DNA of 64,000 nt from Nageia nagi. Taxonomy: Eukaryota; Plantae; Pinophyta. The first letter of the stretch is position 1, and every line of letters starts with the position of its first letter. The notes under the pieces were generated by a model that saw nothing but the letters and a program-made list of their open reading frames with translations, did no database searches and was not told where the DNA came from. The stretch lies in contig JBITNC010000001.1 of the NCBI GenBank assembly GCA_050084985.1, positions 6,696,001 to 6,760,000 of the forward strand. Reading direction: 5' to 3'. The translations under genes were made by a program, and so were the position numbers. This document shows positions 36,593 to 51,989 of this stretch, one piece after another.

Positions 36593-39500
36593 ATGGATCC
36601 AAAGAATGAAAATTCTTTGCAATTGTAGATCCTTGTATTCAGTGGAGAACATTATAAATATTGGAGCATATGTATGCAAACCTTTCTCATCTCATAAGAC
36701 TTGTGGAGTCTTGTTTCTTAGGGATATCTTGAACCTAATGATGCAACCTTTGCTGCACTTACAACAAATGAAAAGTAGGAACTCATGGAGACCAAAAAGA
36801 AGGATACCAAAGATTTGTTTACTATATAAAGTGTAATAAATGTTACAATTATTCCTAATATTACAAAATGTAAGTTCTCCACTGTTGCATGGTATACTCA
36901 TGAGATTGCTTATAAGAGATCATTCAAAGTTAGAGTAGCAAAGCTACAATTCTTGCAATGAGAGTTTGAATTTATTTGGATGGGAGATGATGATACTATT
37001 GAACTCTTTATGAATAGAGTTTAAGATTTAGTGAATGCACTTCATTCACATGGTGAGTAGCTTGATGACATACAAAATAGAAAGAAGGTGTTGAGAAGCC
37101 TTCCATTGAAGTTTGATCCTCTCACCACTGCAATTGAGGAGTCTAGGAACTTAATTTAGCTCAATCTCCCAAAATTGATTGGAATCCTCTAAACATATGA
37201 GCATAAACTCCCAGATAGAGCTAAGAACTTGGAACAAGCATTCCAATACAAACTCCAAATGAATGAACAACCTTCTACTTCCTCCAACTCAGAATCCACT
37301 TCTAGAGGCCATGGTAGAAGTTGTGGTGGTAGTGGCCATGGAAGAAGCAATCATAGTATAGGAAGAGATCGATCAACTAGTAGAAACTAGAGAAAAACCT
37401 TTTGACATTATGAATTCTATGAAAATATAATCACATAGAGCAATATTATTTCCAAAAGGAGTATAAATCCAACTATAATGAAGAGCAAAATGATGGTAAT
37501 AATGTATTCCTCACCCATAATAACTTTGAAGTTATTGATGACCATATTTGGCATCTAGATAGTGAGTGTTCTAATCATATGAATTTGAACAAAAGTTTAT
37601 TTATTAAAATTGAATAAAATACTTTGGAAAAGTCTAACTTGATGATAATAATCAAGTTGACATTATCGAAAAGGGTACTTTTGATTTTAAAGCAAAGACT
37701 GGCAAGATCGTGCTATGCATGACACTTTGTATGTTGGCAACTTGAAGCATAATCTCCTTACCATTGGAAAAATGTGCTCAAAAGACTATTATTTAGTATT
37801 CAAGAAGAAAATATACACTATCATCAATAAGGATAACAAGTAGGTTATTGCGATGATTCTCATGTTTGAGAATCACATGTATATGCTATAGATGTAGTCA
37901 ACAATAATCAAATACCTGAATCCACCACTGATCATGCTTGGTTATGGCATTGAATATGTAGCCACATCAATTTTAATTCACTTCATGGATTACCTAATCT
38001 TGTGAGAGGTATGCAAACCTTCTCACTACCTCCTAAAACTTTATGTGAGAACTGCATTTCTGATAAACAACATAGAGATAGATTTCCTTCCCACCCTCAC
38101 CATGCAAAGGCATCTTTGGAGTTGGTTCATGATAATATTTGTAGACTTATGCAGACTCCCACCTTGGCCAATTATAGGTATATGCTTATCTTTAATGATG
38201 ATTATTCTTGAATGAGTTGGTTGTATTTGTTGCAGGCTAAGTTAGATGCCTTTGAAACTTTTGTTAAGTTCAATATGCTTGTTAAGAAGAAGTCCAAATA
38301 TCATCTCAAGAAGTTGTAGATAAACTGTGATGGTAAATTCACTTAAAATGAGTTTAAATAATTCTACCAAAAACATGTAATCAAGTAGCAATATACAACT
38401 ACCTACACTCCATAATAGAATAAAGTGGTTGAAAGGAAGAATAAAAATATCAATGAGATGGCCCAGAGCATGCTCAAGGAGATTGGTATGGACACCAAAT
38501 TATGGGGAGAAGCTATACACACTGATTTCTACTTATTGAATTATTGCCCTACCAAGGTTATGTAGCATTCAAAACTCTATGATGCTTGGTTTGGAAAGAA
38601 ATCTAGTCTCTCACACCTCTAGATCTTTGGCTCTACCTGTTACATGCATGTGCCTAAGGAGAATATGAAGAAATTAGATGAAAAATACATCAAATGTATC
38701 TTTGTGGGATCCTATGATAAATCCAAAGCTTATCGATGCTATGATCTAGTTCCTTGAATGATTTTGTTGCCCTTGACATCACTCTGACATTTGAGAAATC
38801 CTATGTGGATGATGTAGATGATAAAATGCAACCTCTCTAGTATCAACAACCTAACCTCCCTACAACTCAAACTCCTTACAAAAGAAGGATTTCCATAGAT
38901 AATTCAAAATCTCAAATGTTGTACAAGGATTTTAGTAGAAGAGTAACTCAAAAACAAGCAAGGGAGGTGATCAAATCACCAATTATGCCTTGATATCCTC
39001 TTCTCTTTTTGAGCATTCTAACTTTAAAGAGCTATTACAAATGAAGATTGGAAAAAGTCACCAAGTATGAGAATAAACAAATCCAAAAGAATGAATCTTG
39101 GGAGCTTGTACCTACTCCAAAGCATCAAAATATTATTGGATTCAAGTGGATATATAAGCTCAAGCACAATGATGATGGTAGCATTGCCAAGTATAAGGCC
39201 CAACTAGTGGCTAAGGGCTATGTTCAAAAGGAAGGGATTGCTTATGAAGATACTTTTACACTAGTTGTCAGATCTGATACAGTCCACTCTCTTCTTGCTC
39301 TTACATTACATCTTGGTCTTATTTTATACAAAATGGATGTAAATTATTCCTTATTCAATGAATATTTAAAGGAATAAGTGTATGTGAATCAACCCTAAGG
39401 ATTCACTGTTGATGTTCATGAAGATAAGATATACCAACTAAAGAAAGATCTTTATGGGATCAAGCAATCACCAAGAGCTTGGTATTCCTGAATTAACATC

Positions 39501-40495
39501 TTATTTTAGATTAACATATAATTCCATTTGAATGGTTATCATAGGTGATTTATAGAAGCTACTTTGTTCATATGTTGATTATATTATCTTCATGAACACT
39601 TCCTTCTATATGTTGCATACATTCAAAACTATCATGATTAAGGAGTTTAAGATGATTTATTTGAGTAACACATAATAATTTCTTGGTATGCAAGTTTAGA
39701 AGTCATCCTTTGATATTTTCATCACTCAATTCAATTATGTTGATGACATGCTTTCCAAGTTTTCCATGAAGGATTGAAAACTTCTTGATTCTCTAGTAGT
39801 GCTTGGCACCAAACTCATGAAGGATAATTCTACTCCTCTTGTGGATGCCACTCTATATTGGTCCCTTATTGGTAGTCTCATGTATCTTATAGCCACTTAA
39901 TTGGATATTATGTATGCAGTTAGCCTTATGGCTAGATTCATACACTCTCCACATTAATCTCATTGGATAGTCACTAAGAGGATCCTCCAATATGTTAGTG
40001 GCACCAAATTCTTTGATCTATTGTATAAATCTGTTGACATCCTTGAGGCTTACATTGATGCTAATTAGGCTAAAAGCCTTAATGATAGGAAAAACATCTT
40101 TGAATATGCTTTCTTCTTTTTTGGCTTTATTATCTCATGGAGTAGCAAGAAGAAACATACTATTTCTCTTTCTACTGCTGAAGTAGAATACATGGTTGCC
40201 TCCTTTGCTGGAACTTAAGCCATTTTGATGGCTCAGTTATTTGAAGACTTGGGTTTGGTTCCTCCCTTGTCCATTCCTATTCATTATGACAACACCAACA
40301 CCATTTCTATGACTAAGAACTTGGTGTTTTACAATTGAAGAAAGCATATGAACATCTAACATCATTTTATATGCAACTTAGGGACTAATGGATTCATGGA
40401 ATTTGCATTTTGTAAGTATAAAGATTGACTTGCAAACATTTTCATCAAGGCTCTACCTAAGGATTGATTCCTTAGTCTTTAACATAAACTTAAAG
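36593..40495 (+). pseudogene. copia-3 gag-pol polyprotein (heavily decayed)
   Basis: KVLRSLPLKFDPL (gag), WHLDSECSNHM (PR), LELVHDNIC (INT), [28 protein letters not shown] (RT), ISWSSKKK (RH). Confidence 0.92.
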
Positions 40496-41298
40496 TTCAA
40501 CCCATTCACATTAAGGGGGAGAATGGAGGAATTTAATATTCTATGATTTGAATTATAGTATAATTTTGAATACCAATAGCTACTGACCACTTGTACTATC
40601 CATATACTATTACAATTACCAGATTTAGTATGTTGTAGGACCATAGTTGAATGTCGAATACTCAAGATTTTTTCCTTTGAATGAGACATATCTAATTTTG
40701 TACTTCTTCACTGATGCCCATTCTCTTCTCTAATTTTTTGGCCGCTTTATTTATATTTTTAATCTCCATACCACTTTTTCTTATTTTTATGGGTGCTTCA
40801 TTTATGTTTCTATGTGGATCTATAATCTGTGAGTTCATTTGGATCCTTCTACACTCCAATTTCTTCTTATATAAATAGAGACTTCATTTCTCATTCATAG
40901 CAACAAATTAATGTAATGTTATGATACCATTTTGGCTCTAGAATATAAAGCATTCATATTTGCTCTGTAATACCTCATGGTTGTGTGACTTGTTATCTCT
41001 TTTGAAGGTTATATGCTTGAGAAATAATTTAAATATTTTATCTCTAATTCAAGGTGATATTGACTTATTTTTGTCATTTTACATTGTGGGTACTTATCTG
41101 TATTCTCACTTTCAAGAAAATAGTTTTGTTATTTTGTAATTTGTCAAATTGCATTTGTTTGGTTTAGTTTACCTTTTTGGGGTTAGATATTTTTGTCTAG
41201 ATATCCATTTAGTGTGATTCCTTATTGGTTTTATTGTTGATTGCAACATGTTTCCAACCATATGCCCTTTATTATCATTATAGGTAGAACACACTTAG

Positions 41299-44200
41299 TG
41301 TTGAAACTAAACTTCATCAAACTCCAAAATTCAAGCTCAAAAAGTTAAATATTACATCTTATGATAAAACATATCTCCCCACCATGTTTACAAACAAAAT
41401 GCCATCATGTTTCCTAAACACCTTCGCATTTTACAAAAACGTGCCCACCCAACTAGTTTAACCTAAAATGTGACTATGTTTCATCATAACAATTCCTCAA
41501 TAATTTCCATTGAATTGCTAAGTAGTTTGAGCTATCTTTTAGTTAGTTTTATGTTCATTTTTCTTTATGTTATTACTTCTTTAGTATTTTCATGTATAAA
41601 TAAGTGATTTCAACTCATTTTTGGGTTAGATTATGGAATCATTTGATATAACTTGTAAATTGCAATTTGTACTTGCAAAGAAAATAATTTGACAAAATAT
41701 CACATTAAGGATTCCACTATTTTTCTAGATTTGTATCAATTTTTGAATTGTGTAATATAATTGTGAATGTTGGGTGGATTTTTGATGATTATATAAGTCT
41801 TTTTATTTATGATAAATTGATTTAAACTTCATTTTCATATTAAAGCTAGTAGATCTATATTGAGTTTTGTTAGGTTTAAAAAATATGGGTATTTCGCAAA
41901 AAGTTTGGAAAGAATTTCTTTTGTAGATCGAAGTGGTGTTGAAGACCCAATATCATTGAAAACAACTCAAAATTTATACCAATCCCAAAATTTGATGGAT
42001 AAAATTATGAATATTGGAGCATCCAGATGATGACTCTCTTGAAAGGTAAAGACTTGTGGGACATTGTTGAAGATGGATACAAAGAGCCAGATGATTGGAG
42101 TGTCTTGAGTGAAGATAAAAAGAAGAAAACCAAAGAGAAGAAGAAGAAGAATTTTTTATCTTTGTCACATATCCAATATGCTCTTGATAAGAGTATAGTT
42201 CCAAGAATTTAATCCCATAGGACCATTATTGATGCATGGAAAGCCTTGAAATAAGGCTATAAAGGAAGTGTCAAAGTGAAGGATATGAAGCTTTAGATCC
42301 TCAAAAGAGATTTTGAGAATCTCAAATAGTATGAAAATGAGAGTGTGGGTGATTATTGTGTAAAGGTGAAGGCCATAATGAATAAAATGGCCACCCTTGG
42401 TGATGATTTGGACAAAGCCTTGATAATGAAAAATAATTATGAGGATTTTATTACCAAAATGAGACAATATGGCTCTTGTAATTCTAGAAACCAAATATAT
42501 TTTCATTATCTCAAGAAGAGAGATTTTTGAGATGGTCTAATGTTGGTATAAGTGAAGAACAAGCATTCTCAACTAGAGAGAATGAAAATACTAGTGGAAG
42601 AGGTTAAGGTAGAGGCTTTAGAGGTAGAGGTCAGAATGAAAGAGGAGGAAGAAGAGGCTCTTTTAGAAGATAAAGAGGAAGAGATCATATTTAAAATGGT
42701 GACCAATACAATAGTGTAAGTGCAAGTACTATAGGGGGATATAGTACAAGAGGTAGAGGAAGGGACAAGAGGAATGTCCAATGATATCATTGTAATAAAT
42801 TTGATCATTTTGAGAGAGAGTGTAGGCTGAAACAAGCCTCTCAAGATAGTAGATCAATGAATTATGGTGAAGAAAATTCCTATGAATATAATGGGGAAGA
42901 AGATTCATATGAAGAAGTTGTCTTGTTTCTTTCTATTTTCCAAGAGGAGAATCATAAAGCCAAAGAACTTCTTTAACAAGAAGAAGATGATGAAACTTGG
43001 GTTATTGATAGTGGTTGTTCACACTACATGACCATAAAGAAGTAGCTTCTATCATATTTTGATCATTCCTTTAGTTTTAGCACTAAAATTGGGAATGAAA
43101 AACTCTTGGAGGTGATTGCAAAGGGGGACATGGTGGTTCCTACTAAGAAAGGTACTATGAAGGTAAAAAGTATTTATTTTGCTCCTAATTTGAAATAATC
43201 TCTTTTAAGTGTTGGAAAAATGCTAGAAAAAAATTATAAATTAGTTTTTGAAGATAAAATGTGCAAGATATATGATAATAATAGAGGTGAAAGGGTGGTC
43301 ACTATAGTAAAAATGAATAAAAATAAGCTTTTGCCCATCAAGTTTATGGAGCAAGGGGGAGGTTTTGCTTGTGTGAGCATTGATGATAGTGCTAATTTAT
43401 GGTATTTGAGGTTTTACCATGTGAATTTTTAGCATTTAAGACTTTTGTATCCACTTGTTTATGGTTTGTCAAAGGTCCAAGATACTAATAAAGTGTGTGA
43501 AGGGTGTGCTCTTGGAAAGCATGCAAGGGGGCATTTTCCAAAGAATGAAGCATGGAGGTTCCAATATCTTCTACAATTGGTGCATAGTGATATTTGTGGA
43601 CCAATGCAAATACAAAGTATGGGTAAAGCTTCTTATTTTCTCACCTTTATTGATGTTTTTTCTAGATATTGTTGGGTATTCTTTCTTAAACACAAAGATG
43701 AGGCATTTGAGTGCTTCAAGACTTTTATAGTTAGTGTTGAGAACCAAAGTGGGCATATAATTAAGTGTTTAAGAACTAATTGTGGTGGTGAGTTTTGTTC
43801 TAATGATTTCATGATTTTTTGTAGAGATTCTAGAATTAAGAGGCAATTGAATTCACCATACACACCCCAACAAAATGGAGTGGTTGAAAGAAAGAACCAG
43901 AATTTGATAGAGATGGCTAGGTGTATCATGCACATAAAAGGTTTGAGTAATTTTTATTAGGATGAAGCTATCCAAACTACTATTTATATTTTAAATAGGA
44001 GTCATACAAAAAGTTTGGATAATATTACTCCTTATGAGAGTTGGCTTGGAAAGAAACCAAGTGTGAAATATTTTAAAGTTTTTGGTTATGTTGCTTATGT
44101 TAATGTGAATGATGAGCATAGAAAAAAGCTTGGTGCCAAGAGTGAGAAGTACATTTTTATTGGATATAGTAAACACTCTAAAGATTATAGATTTTTTAAT

Positions 44201-46728
44201 CCAATTTCTCATGAAGTTGTGGTGTCTAGAGATGCCATTTTTGATGAAGGGGGAAATTGGAAGTCTCAAAAATGCCAAAAGGTTGTTGTTGATGATAGCA
44301 TGTTTGAAGAAAATGACCAAGGAAGTGTTCAACCCAACCATGTTTCACATAATCAAGTTCAGCCTAGATTTAATACCTCTTCACAAATGGGATCTTCAGT
44401 TACTTCTTCAAGTCCACAACATGGTTCTTCTTCATCTCCATCACCAATTGCAATTGTAAATCAGTCAATAAAAGGTAAAAAGTGTTAAAGGATCATGCCT
44501 CTTCTCAAATGTTAGACCAAAGAGCTAGATGCTACTTTGTAAAGGATGGAAAATTTACAAATGTTAGGAGATGAAGACAAAGGTGAGGCCAAAGGTGATG
44601 TGGTAAATTATGTTTTAATGTCTTCTACTTCCAATGTCATGTTATTATTTCTTCTTAAGTTACTAAATTTGATGATTTTGAGCCTTCTTGTTTTGAACAA
44701 GCATGTTCTAACAAAGTGTGGATGAAGGCTATGAATGAAGAGATTTCTTCCATTTTCAAGAATGATACATGGGAGTTATGTGTGATACACCAAAATAGGA
44801 ATGCATTGGATGTAAATGGATCTATAATATCAAGAGGAATAGTTATGGTTCCATTGAAAGGCACAAATCATGGATGGTTGCAAAAGGGTTCACACAATAG
44901 TATGGTATAGACTATATGGAGACTTTTGCTCCTATTGAGGGGCAAGAGACAATATAGATGGTGCTTTCATCAGCTTCCCATAAGCACTGGAATGTGCATC
45001 ATATGGATGTGAAGAGTGGATTTCTTAATGGTTATCTTAAAGAGGAATTGTATGTGGCACAAACTCAAGGTTTTGAGGTTCAAGGAAAAGAAGATCAGGT
45101 TTAGAAATTGAAAAAGGTATTATATGGGCTAAAGCAAGCTCCAAGAGCTTGGTACATAAGAATAAATGACTACTTTATCAAGTGTGGTTTCCAAACAAGC
45201 AAGAGTGAACATAATTTGTACTATAAGAAGTAAGGTATTGGAATTATACTTGTTTGCTTGCATGTAGATGATTTATTATTTATGGGAAGTAGTTTTCATT
45301 ATGTGATTCTTTTAAAGCTGATATGAAAAAGGAATTTCATATGACTAATCTTGGTTTGATGAGTTATTTCTTGGGCATGGAGGTACATCAAACATATGAT
45401 GAGATATTTCTTTACCAAGCCAACTATGCTAGAGAAATGTTGAACAAGTTTGGTATGAGTGAATGCAAACCTATAGCTACTCCAATTGCAAATGGAGAGC
45501 TTTTGTGTTCAGATGATGGGGATGAAAAAGTAAATAAAATAGAGTATAGAAGCATTATGGGGAGTTTAATGTTCCTATGTAACACAATGTCAGATATATG
45601 CTATGATGTATCACTTTGTTCTAGGTACATGGCTGATCCTTTTTGCTTACACTTGAAAGCAGCCAAAATAATCCTAAGGTATGTGCATGGTATAGTAGAT
45701 TTTGGCATTCATTAATTCTATACTAATAATGAGAAGTTGGTTGGATTTAGTGACAATGATTGGGGGAGTAATCTAGATGATGAGAAGCCCACTAGTGGTA
45801 ATTGCTTCTCATTTGGTACATGTTTGATTACTTGGAGTTATAAGAAGCAAACTACAGTAGCTTTGTCTTCTATAGAGATTGAGTATATAACATTGACCTT
45901 AGTTGGTGCACAAGCCTTATAGATTTGAAAAGTTCTTGATGATATAAGTGAAAATCAAGAACAACCTACTACTCCTTTTTGTGACAACCAAAGTGCCATT
46001 AAGTTGGCACAAAATCTAGTCCACCATGCTTATTCAAAACACTTTGATATCAAGTACCACTTTATCAGAGATATGGTGGAGAAAAATATGATTAAACTAA
46101 GGTATTACAATTCAAAATAAAAAATTGCTAATATATTCACAAAACATGTTACTAAATATCAATTTTTGATGTTGAGAGACCTGATTGTTAGCCCTCTCAC
46201 CATCAAAGGGGAGTATGTTGAAACTAGACTTCTCTAGAATCTGAAATTCAATCTTAAAAACTTAAATATTGAATATTTTAAAAAACTTATTCTCCCCATA
46301 ATTTTTTCAAATAAAATATTACCACATTTCCTAAACACCCTGTATTTTGTAGAAATGCTCCCACCTAGTGCGTTTAGCTTGAAATGCAATTGCATTTTCG
46401 CCTGATAGTTTCCAATGAACTGCCAAGTAGTTTTAGCTCTCTTTCAGTTAGATTTACATTTATTTTTCCTTTTGTTATTAATTATTTAGAATTTTAATAT
46501 ATAAATAAGTGATTTTAACTTATTTTTGGGTTTGATTATGGAATCATTTGGTGTAACTTGTAAATTGCACCCTTGTACTTATAAAGCAAACTATTTGATA
46601 AAATATCATAGTAAGAATTCCATTATTTTTTTTCAAATTTGTATCAATTTTTAAAATATGTAATGCAATTATGAATGTTGGATGATTATATAGGTCTTTT
46701 TCTTCATGATAAATTGATTTAAACTTCA
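41299..46728 (+). mobile_element. Ty1/copia element (copia-4) nested in the 3' LTR of copia-3
   Basis: LTRs 41299-41831 and 46216-46728 (TGTTGAAACTA...AAACTTCA). Perfect TSD CTTAG. PPT AAAGGGGAGTA. Decayed PBS at ~41835-41846. The empty site is visible in the copia-3 5' LTR (~35911). Confidence 0.95.
41885..46200 (+). pseudogene. copia-4 gag-pol polyprotein (decayed)
   Basis: LKGKDLWDIVEDGY (gag), WVIDSGCSHYMT (PR), LVHSDICGPM...TPQQNGVVERKN (INT), HMDVKSGFLNG and VDDLLF (RT), GFSDNDWG (RH). Confidence 0.95.
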
Positions 46729-48276
46729 CTTAGGAATCCCAAAATACAAAACCTACCTTTTCTGTAGTTGTGCTTAGTGAGCCTTATGAAGTATGTTTGC
46801 TTCAGCATAATTTTTACCCTTTCTTCCATCTTGAAAGTATTATAGACCTCCACATTGTATAAATAATTTCTTATTGATCATTTTAATGGGTCATAATGAT
46901 AGGTTTTGTTAGGAATTGCATAAGTTATAGGCTCTAGACATTTCCCACCCTCACCCTCCAAACTATAGATTCCACATTGTTGATTTTCCTTAAGTCCTAG
47001 CAAAATCCTTTTGACAAAAATTAATCAAATCCTTAGTATTTACAAATTTCAATATTTTTTTATTTCTCAAAAAATCTATCTTTAAAACTTTCATTTCCTT
47101 CAATGTTTTTATTTTCTCAAAAATTCAACCAATCCTAGCCCATCAAATTCTTCCAAAATCCTGACCAAATTTATGGTATCATAACTTGGAGCCTTGAGCC
47201 TCAAAAATAATAATTTGGATTCAAAGCTCTTGTATTGAGCCTATTAAATCTAAATTATTCAATTGGTATCAGATCATTTATGCCTTGTTCACCATTCTTG
47301 GGGATTGCTGAATTTAGAAACTTCACTTGGTATTAGAGCCTTGTTTTTATCTCTAAACCTTCAAATTATTCGCTTCATTAAATCAAATAGTTTAAGAGCA
47401 TCATTTTTGTAGCCATGAAATGCATATACTTCAATTATTTCACTCTATGAAATTGAATCTACATCATGCATATCCTCCAAATATTGCATTCCATGAAACT
47501 ATGTTTGGGTTATACATATTGTTAAACAATTCCCATGCCTTGTCAGTTCTTCTACATTTTGTATACATGTATACTAGGCTATTTAAAACCATAATACTTG
47601 AAAAAAAATCATTTTTGAACTACTCTTTGATGTATGTCTGTATACTCTTATAGATATTTTATGGTAGCACATGTTGAAAGATTGCTTGTGAAGGTTACAT
47701 AGTCTAGCTTTACACTTGAAAATTGCATTTGCTTAAAGGTCACTATGGCCTTTAATTTATAAAATAATATTTTTTACATATGTTGTAATCATTGTAGTCT
47801 ATGAGATACTAATTTGTTTAGGAATATTGGAGATGAAATTCAAAGCTTCCTCACCTTAAGATAGCATGCACAACCAAGATGATCAACAATGCATGCATTA
47901 TGATTCATCCTAAGAATAATAATTTATATTATTTGAATTCCTATGAGAGGAACCCACTATAGTGTAAAATGTTTACATTTAATGGAGAATGTTAGGGTGG
48001 TTTATATTTTGAAAATAAGTACATGTAATTTGATAATGATATTTAATAGTGGTTGAAAATGGTGTATGATAATTGATTATGGTTTTTCATTGAATATGGT
48101 CTATTGTAGCAATTGTTAAAATGTACTACCTATAGAATTTCATGAATGAGTTAGATAAGGAGGTGACCCATAATGTAAATGAATATGGTGGTGAAAATTC
48201 TCAAAATGAGGTTAAGGATTTCATATGTATAGATGTTTATTCCATTGCATCACATACTTCAAACACTAAATTTCAT

Positions 48277-48486
48277 AAAAAGAGAGGTCCTCCAAGATTT
48301 ATACCAAAGTAAAACAACACTAATAAGTTGATCATTTGCAATATAAATGGATAACACATAGGAGAAAATTATTCTAAGTTATCATATTTCTTGGGGTTGA
48401 TTGTGAGGGAGATTATCCTTATAACCTTTAAAAACTTGAAAGCAGTCTTGATGGATATTAGAAACTAGTTATAGTCATGCATTATG
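48277..48486 (+). pseudogene. CACTA ORF2 (TnpA/Ptta-like) exon remnant
   Basis: KKRGPPRF...NING*HIGENYSKLSYFLGLIVREIILITFKNLKAV...L*SCIM|GTAA resembles the En/Spm ORF2 pattern GQPIGxNxxKLSxFLGxxVR. Confidence 0.65.
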
Positions 48487-49796
48487 GTAACTTTCTAGCC
48501 AATGGATTTTTATATGTTTAGTTTATGATGTCCCATTTACACAATTGTAATTAATTATAAGGTTTTATTGGGATCTCTTGTAATATATTTTATTAATGTA
48601 TTGTACTTTCATGTTTATAACTTAGGATAGGAGACTTAATGGGTTAATGGATCCCATTGTTAGCCCCAAGTGGAACTTCTCCCTCCTAAGCTTACATTAG
48701 GTGTTCTTATTATACTTGGAGATATTGATACATGATTATGGGAATCTCAAGGTATATTTAGCATCTAATGGATGAATGAGCACTTAATGAATCCAATGTT
48801 GAGATTGGGAGCATTAGTAAACTCGCATCAACCTTAGGGAAACTTATAGATCCACACATTGGCCCTTGAGACCCTAATTTCCCTCCTAAGTGGCCATTGA
48901 TGCCTCTTAGACCCATGCATGCATTATTTGGTCCACATGGAGTATTAGGGATGCCTAGATACCCACCTTGGGCCTATATTGACTTCTAGGTACCAACGTT
49001 AGGGTATGAGGGGATTAGGTGATGACATTAAGGTGCAATTCATATCTAGAAAGGTTATATTAACCCTAGGAGCCTCATTACTAGATATACTTTGATCATT
49101 TACTTTCATATCATCTAAATGAAAATAAGTCTTAATGGTTTTAAGAAACCTTCCTATGTGCTACTTCTAGAGGGCATTTAGGTTGAGGGATCATGTCTTT
49201 CTATGGCATTGGTGTAGTGCCCTTGCCCACTTGGTGGTATTTTGAGGTATTACTTCTACCATTTAGTTGATTATCTAGGATCAAAGGAGGGATCCTTTGG
49301 TGGAGAGTATTTTTGTTATGAGGGAGTGTACTATCCCATGGTGCTGATATTGTTCTAGTTAAAGGATATATGTATTGTGCCCTAGTTGGCTCCTAAGAGG
49401 CCAATGTTATCCCTCTTAGGCTTGGTATTATCTTCAATCATTCCATATCATTTGTATACCACCAAGGGTAATTGGGTCTCATACTAGTATTTTGTTTATT
49501 CATCTTATGTGTGCATTGGATCATCATTTTTATATATGCTTATATTTATTAGATGTTGCATTGTGGTGTATTATTGATTGAATATTGCATGTTCTAGTGA
49601 GATGTGGGTATATTAATATTAGGCATGTGGAATATTGATGCCTTATAATATTGCCATCTTAAGGGTTTGAATACTTCTTATGGATGCCTTAGGCCTAATG
49701 TTAGCATTATTGAGGTTAAATTTGCCTATTTTGTATCCAAATTGTATTTTGGATCCTCATAAGTGGTATCAAAGCTTGGATCTAGTCAGCCTATAC

Positions 49797-51900
49797 ATGA
49801 GACCTATAGTATACCATTACTACACCAAATTCAGCACTTGTAGAGAGATGGCATTCACTAGGAAAAGTGAGAGATCACACATAAAGAATGTGCCTACAAG
49901 ATTTGTACATGAGGAGGATACACATTCATGGATAGAAGAATTATCAAATGAGGGTGCATTCAAGGATGAAGGGGAGGTACAAAGAGAGAAATAAAGAGCT
50001 TACAATAGGATAAGTTCAACTCTAATTTAGGAATCCACCTTGAATAGAAATTTTATGAACTTATTTTGACTATTCATAATATGAACAAAGTGTTCGTTAT
50101 TATGTAGTGATAGCTGAACAAGCATCTAGGTGTTTGAGAGGAGCTAAAGAGGTAGAATATCTCCCCATGTCACACCAAGGATGCTATAGAGGCCCCATGT
50201 CATACTAGGGATGATAGAGAGGTCCCATGTCATTCCAAATATGGCAAAGAGGAACTATTTAAGGAGTATTTGGATGATCAAGAGCTAAGAATGAGGATAT
50301 CTCAAAGTTTGAGGGATTGAGAGTCAACCCACCATGGGTCGATGGGGCATCTAGAGGCCACATTTTTGAGGTCCCACTCACAGTAAGCACCCAAGATACA
50401 AACCCTCTCATAGGAAGGTACCTATAGGAGGACATTGGTAGGATGGAGAAGCAACCTATTATCCCAAAATCATCTAATCCTATGTTCACAAACAAGGTCA
50501 AAGAGGAGACAAAGAGTTGAGTTCCTAGTCCATTATACATGAATCAAATTTTTAAGGAGTATTCTATGTTGGGTCCAGGGTTGAAGAGATACATCAATTT
50601 CAATGGCTACTTAGATATTTTGGTGTTGGAGGGAAGTATTTCACATGGCCCATGAACTTACAACAATTTGTGGGATAAGAAGGACCTACAACAAAAAATA
50701 AATAAAATGCAAGTACAAATGTATGATGGGAAGAGAATGAAAGCTAGGGTATGGTTGCATTAGCTACATACCTATTTCACTCTAAGTTCCAACATGGTAT
50801 AGGAGGATGCAATTAATTTTACATCATTGCATTTCAAGGATGATTCTCTAGAGTGGTGGTAGCATGGAGTGATTATCCAGGGGTATTCTCTCATCACCTC
50901 TTTGGATGAGTTTGGCAGATGGTTGATTAGGAGGCTTGATCAAAAGAAGAAGAATGATTACTTTTGGGACCTAAAATCATTAATATAATAAGGGATGTTG
51001 GATGATTATGTGATATAGGTTTAGAGGATTATAATCATGATCCACCATATTCCTAAGGAGAGATTAACATTCCTTTCCATTGAGGGCTTGATGGAGCTAT
51101 TGCTAGGGATGTTCAAGATATCTTCCCCTAAGAGCCTTAATGATGCTATATGGGTAGCATATGACCTTGATCTCATAGTGAAATCCCTAAAGGGAGGGTA
51201 TAAATGTAGAGGGCCTATCAACCATAAGCCATATTCTGACAATAAAGGGCCTTTTAAGGTTAAACCCTTCCGTTTGCCTAGAATGAATTAGTTGGATGCA
51301 GCCATACAAAGGAAGTTAAGAGAAGAAGGTAAATGGTTCTATTGTAAGAAGAATTGGGAGCTAGGAAACATTTTCAAAGGAAAGGATAGGTGCACTACAT
51401 ATAGGGTTTTTTAGAATATGAGCTAGATGAATCAAATTTGGAGATTAAAGTTGATACCCTAAATCATGGAGCACCTTAGACAAAAGGAACATTGGGTAGT
51501 ATGATAGCTTCACTACATGGGGTGAAGAAGTACCTTACCTTGAAGTTGGTAAGGTAGGCTATAGGATAGTATGTGATGGTATTTATTGATCCAATAGCAT
51601 CCCACAACTTCATCAATGTAGGCTTTATGAAGAGGAAGAACCTAAAGAATAAGGGATTTGAGGGATTTAGGGTTTTCAAAGCCAACGGGAAGATCACATT
51701 AGTAGACCACATCATTGAGAGGTTTGGTGTGAGATTATAGAGTTGTATACTGAGGGAGGACTCCTACATATATAATTAAAAGTGTAATGTCTATTTGACT
51801 TTGGTTATATTCACAATAACTATCAAAAACTCATAATGAGTTTCAAAATCGATGGAAAGACTCACACCTTGTAGGGGATTAGAGATGATTATCCACATGT
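49797..51900 (+). pseudogene. Chromovirus-like gag and aspartic protease (decayed)
   Basis: MYDGKRMKARVWLH*LHTYF...SLHFKDDSLEWW (retrotransposon gag), KLREEGKWFYCKKNWELG, FIDPIASHNFI (protease). Confidence 0.8.
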
Positions 51901-51989
51901 AGAAAATAAGTGGCAAGAGGAGATTGAGTGGTATCAAAAGGAGGAAGTAGAGGATGGGAGTATTTTGGGAGAAGAAAAGGTCCAATAGG

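Larger units (their letters stand above)
35143..47372 (+). mobile_element. Ty1/copia element with 1.4-kb LTRs (copia-3); 3' LTR split by copia-4
   Basis: 5' LTR 35143-36559. PBS TGGTATCAGATC 36562-36573. PPT TTAAGGGGGAGAA 40511-40523. 3' LTR 40524-41298 plus 46734-47372. Perfect TSD CTTCA. Confidence 0.92.
33720..48523 (+). mobile_element. CACTA (En/Spm) DNA transposon, left part, interrupted by copia-3/copia-4; right end not seen
   Basis: TIR CACTACACCAAAAA at 33720 cutting the gypsy integrase. Subterminal ~22-bp repeats AAATCCATTTCCAAACATTT at 33965-34085. Internal repeat 34550-34830 resembles 47540-47810. TnpA-like exon at 48277-48486. Confidence 0.75.
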